64,000 nt of DNA. It comes from Eledone cirrhosa (Eukaryota). The position numbers and the translations under genes are program-made. Below the pieces are notes generated by a model. That model ran no database searches. It worked only from the letters and a program-made list of their open reading frames with translations, and was not told the DNA's origin. This document shows, one piece after another, positions 60,155 to 64,000 of this stretch (position 1 is the stretch's first letter; each line of letters begins with the position of its first letter). Where the stretch lies: NCBI GenBank assembly GCA_964016885.1, contig OZ024742.1, forward strand, positions 105,896,001 through 105,960,000, given 5' to 3'.

Positions 60155-60389
60155 ATATACACACATATATATATATACATATATATATACATACACATAC
60201 ATATATATAAAAAAAATAAAGAAATAAAATAAATAAAGAAATAAATAAATTAATACACACAGTCAGACAAATATGCACACACATACATATACATATATAT
60301 ATACATACACATATATATATATACATATATATATATATACATATATACACATACATACATATATATATATACACATACACACATCAACT

Positions 60390-60428
<39 letters not shown>

Positions 60429-60611
60429 CATATACATATATATATATATATACACACACTCACATATACATGCGCACATACGTACATATATACACATACA
60501 CACATATACACATAGACATATACATGTGCATACATATACATACACACATATACCCACATAAATACATAGATACATACATATATACACATATATATACACA
60601 TACACATATAT

Positions 60612-60654
<43 letters not shown>

Positions 60655-61850
60655 ATCATACACCCTTATTTACATGCGCACATATGTATTTTTATACTCA
60701 CATACAAACACCCAAACATACATACCTACCTACGTATACATACATACATTCACGCTTACAAATACAAATAATAATAGTAGGGGGGGGGAAGGGGGGGGGG
60801 ATTATAGTAAATATAGGTTTCAAGAAACATAGAATATTAATCTGCATTTAGATCATAATATGTGTTTACATAGTAGATTCTGTATTAGGAAATGTAAGAA
60901 AGAAGGCAAAATTATGCATTTCAATATAAGTATACCATTAATTATAGGTTAACTAAATTAAAGATAGTTAATATATTGATTTCTAAGGTGTATACTACTT
61001 AGGTTTATAATATTTGAAGCGGAATTTTGAAGTTAAATAGTAGTAGAGTATTAATTATAGTATAACTAAATTAAAATTATTAACGTTATAGTATCAATAT
61101 TAGGAAATGAATTTAGTAATAGGGAAAAAACAAATAAAGTATTACATCGGTAGTAGAATATAAATTATAGGTTAACTAAATTAAAAATTATATATTAATT
61201 TCTATAGTATATGTTAATTAGGTTTATAATAATTAAAGCAGATATTGTATTTTATCTATAGTAGAATATAATTATAGGTAAACAGAAATTAAAATTAATA
61301 CATACACATATACATATACATATATATATACATATACATATACATATATATACACACATATATACATATATATACATACATATACACATTTTTTCAAAAA
61401 TTGCAAAGAATATATTAACTAGGTATACATCCAAAACCTATCTCAGTCTATGATTACATGACACTCTGCAATCCATCTGTATTAGGATATTAATTTTAAG
61501 CCAATTAAATTAAATTTTTAGGTTAACCAAATTTAAAACCAAATTATAAATATATTTCTAAAATGTACATTAATTAGGTCTATAATACTAAAAATTATTT
61601 CTCTGTCATTGAATACACGATATTTTGTTATATTTTATCTGTAAAGGAATTTTAATAAAAGGTTAAATAAATTAAAATTAATCTATAAGTTAATTTACGA
61701 AGTGTATATTAGTAATATTTAAAATTTTTTCACAATTTATGATTATACAATATTTTATAATCTCATCTGTAGTAGAATTTTAATTAAATTAAATTTATAG
61801 GTTAACTAACATTTAAATTAAATTATATATTAATTTCTAAAATAATGTTA

Positions 61851-63314
61851 TTAATTAGGTTTATAATATTTAAATGTTTTTCTTAGTTTATGATTACACG
61901 ATATAATTAATTCCTGTCGTTTATTTAATAGGATATCCTTAGATTTCATTATTTCAAATAGTTCTTGGGAACATAATCTACATTCATTTCTATTATTTTG
62001 ATAAGGGGTGGCTCTTTTGAGCACACTCCAGGTCATATCATATTCTATATTCTTATTTTCATAACTATTGATTTTTTCTGCTAGAGATGTTGTATTAGCC
62101 AGTGCGGCATTTTTAAAACTATGTTTGTGGGTATTAAACCTTGCCTTAAAATTGTTAGAAGTAGCTCCTATATATGAGCAAATAGAATCTTTAGTTTTAA
62201 CATTACATTTATAAACTATGTTGTTAACAAGACAATTTCCTTTTAATGGGCAGTTTGCTTTGTTTCTACAGTTACAACCTTTCGTTAATTCTGTATTTGA
62301 GGAGATATTATGGTTAGTTTGATGTATTGGTGGTATACTTATGGTATTCTTACATTTATATGCATTATAGGCACTTATATTTTGTTTTATGTTATTTGTT
62401 GTTGAGTATGAGAATTTAACTGTAGACCTATTTAAGATTTGATGGTATTTGTGGTTTGGCGGGAAGTTTTTCTCTAGGATATAAAAAATTTTTTTAGCAA
62501 TATTATCCTTAATTTGTAAATTAAATGGAGCATTATACCAAGTAACCCGTCTATTACGGTTTCTATGTTGTTTATTATTTTTATAGGTTGTATCGTGATG
62601 TTTACTAGGAGGATTAATGTTAATGATCTCACCACGCACATTTTTAGTTAGATTTGTAGATTTAGGTGTTTTATCTTGTTTATTAGGAGTTTTATTATTA
62701 ACATTTATTAGAGTTGTATGATGAGTAGTTTTTTGAGAGTTACTATAGTTTATATTAGAAGAGTTGGTATTTTGGGGTATAGTGTGGGTGGCATTTAGGT
62801 GTGTACTTTTCATTTGGTGTTTGTTGGTAATATTAGGTTGTAAGTTTATAGTATTTTTAGTAGAAGGTATATATTCTAATCTATTTTTGTGGCCACTTCT
62901 ATCTAGAGCTTCGTTATAGAAGGTCGCATTTTTATCAAATACATCTTGGTTAGAAGAAAGGTTAGAAATTCTAAGTGATATATTATATGCAAGGTTTTTA
63001 AGGATAGATTTAGGGTGATTAGATTGTGAGTGTATGTAGTGTAAGTTTTGGTTGGGTTTATGGTAAGGTTGGTAGATACCCGTAGCTAAGTCTAAAGTTA
63101 TATCTAGGAAATTTACTACTTTACTTGTTTTTTCAAAAGTAATATGAAGACTATAATAGTCTTTAAGGAAAGTTCTAATATGCTTTTTGTTTTTTTCTAT
63201 TTCTGAAAGGCTAAGGTTGTTGGAAAGAAGAAGACAGTCATCACGATATAAACCACCTTTAAGGTGGGGAAAGGAGGCATTTATGTTGAAAAGGAGAAAG
63301 AGGCCCACAAGATC
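61851..63314 (-). CDS. PLE RT C-terminal half + GIY-YIG endonuclease (5'-truncated, open frame)
   Basis: DLVGLFLL..GLYRDDCL, VNFLDITLDL, YHKPN..YIHSQSNHP, WYNAPF, CNCRNKANCPLKGNCL, IVYKC..YIGATS..FKARFNTH, CRLC. Confidence 0.92.
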   Translation of the reverse strand, partial: DLVGLFLLFNINASFPHLKGGLYRDDCLLLSNNLSLSEIEKNKKHIRTFLKDYYSLHITFEKTSKVVNFLDITLDLATGIYQPYHKPNQNLHYIHSQSNHPKSILKNLAYNISLRISNLSSNQDVFDKNATFYNEALDRSGHKNRLEYIPSTKNTINLQPNITNKHQMKSTHLNATHTIPQNTNSSNINYSNSQKTTHHTTLINVNNKTPNKQDKTPKSTNLTKNVRGEIININPPSKHHDTTYKNNKQHRNRNRRVTWYNAPFNLQIKDNIAKKIFYILEKNFPPNHKYHQILNRSTVKFSYSTTNNIKQNISAYNAYKCKNTISIPPIHQTNHNISSNTELTKGCNCRNKANCPLKGNCLVNNIVYKCNVKTKDSICSYIGATSNNFKARFNTHKHSFKNAALANTTSLAEKINSYENKNIEYDMTWSVLKRATPYQNNRNECRLCSQELFEIMKSKDILLNKRQELIISCNHKLRKTFKYYKPN

Positions 63315-63327
63315 ATAATTGTTTATA

Positions 63328-63413
<86 letters not shown>

Positions 63414-64000
63414 TATTTTCTTGATATATTTCTTTTTTCTTTTCCTTTTCTTTTCTTTTTATTTCTAAATTTATAGATACATTTATAAATAGGCAGTCTG
63501 CTGACACCGGTGTATACTGTCCTCTTCCCCCCCCCCACCTAACTTCTGTATCTGGATCTAAATATGTGTGGCAGTGTTTATGTGCGCGCATTAATGTCCA
63601 TATGCTTATGATAATAGTATATACACATATATATGTGTGTGGGTGTGTGTGTGTGTATGTATGTTCGTGGTTGTGTGTATGTTTATGCGTATGCGTGCGT
63701 GTGTGTGTGAATGTACGTATATGTGTGAGTATATGAATGTGTGTATATATTTATTTTTATATTTATATGTATATACGTATTTTATCTGTAGATTATAAAC
63801 ATACAGAGACATTAGCCTTGAATTTTTGTATTTACATACATCTTTTTGGCATGCGTATGCATGTGAACATGTATCTTTATGCATATCTGTGAACGAAGTT
63901 AATTGCATATATACACACACCTAACTGTATAAACTTTTTGTATTTTCATTGGTCAATTTGAACTCTGTTCCCAAACAGACCTGTAATTTTGAATTGTTGT

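Larger units (their letters stand above)
58225..64000 (-). mobile_element. 5'-truncated Penelope-like element 2 with an inverted pseudo-LTR
   Basis: RT-linker-GIY-YIG ORF, ~3.6-kb 3' region, terminal HHR, (TA)n at the 3' end; 63319-64000 is an inverted copy of 58458-59098. Confidence 0.9.

Overview
AT-rich, microsatellite-saturated animal DNA, intergenic or intronic. The SINE families and repeat landscape suggest an octopus or other cephalopod (inference only). No host protein-coding gene can be confidently supported, and almost all ORFs in the track are microsatellite artefacts. Recognisable elements: two 5'-truncated Penelope-like retroelements (PLEs; RT and/or Cys-rich linker plus C-terminal GIY-YIG), decayed mariner, CR1-type and RTE LINE pieces, two non-autonomous Helitrons (one with a PIF1 helicase fragment), several MITEs, many tRNA-derived SINEs and two minisatellite arrays. 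The main hidden structure is a dense set of short fold-back or 'arm + tail' elements sitting in (TA)n tracts. They carry type I hammerhead ribozyme (HHR) folds: about 17 motifs with both core strands, plus half-motifs, from at least 8 sequence families. These include a fixed U3-A8 compensatory core variant, a fixed U4A variant and recurrent non-canonical stem II features, and several families share a tail motif, TYGAGYRCT. One family is directly linked to the 3' end of a coding PLE. HHRs in PLE pseudo-LTRs are established knowledge; the variant cores, the shared tail motif and this density are what deserve follow-up. All folds were derived by eye and catalytic activity is untested.
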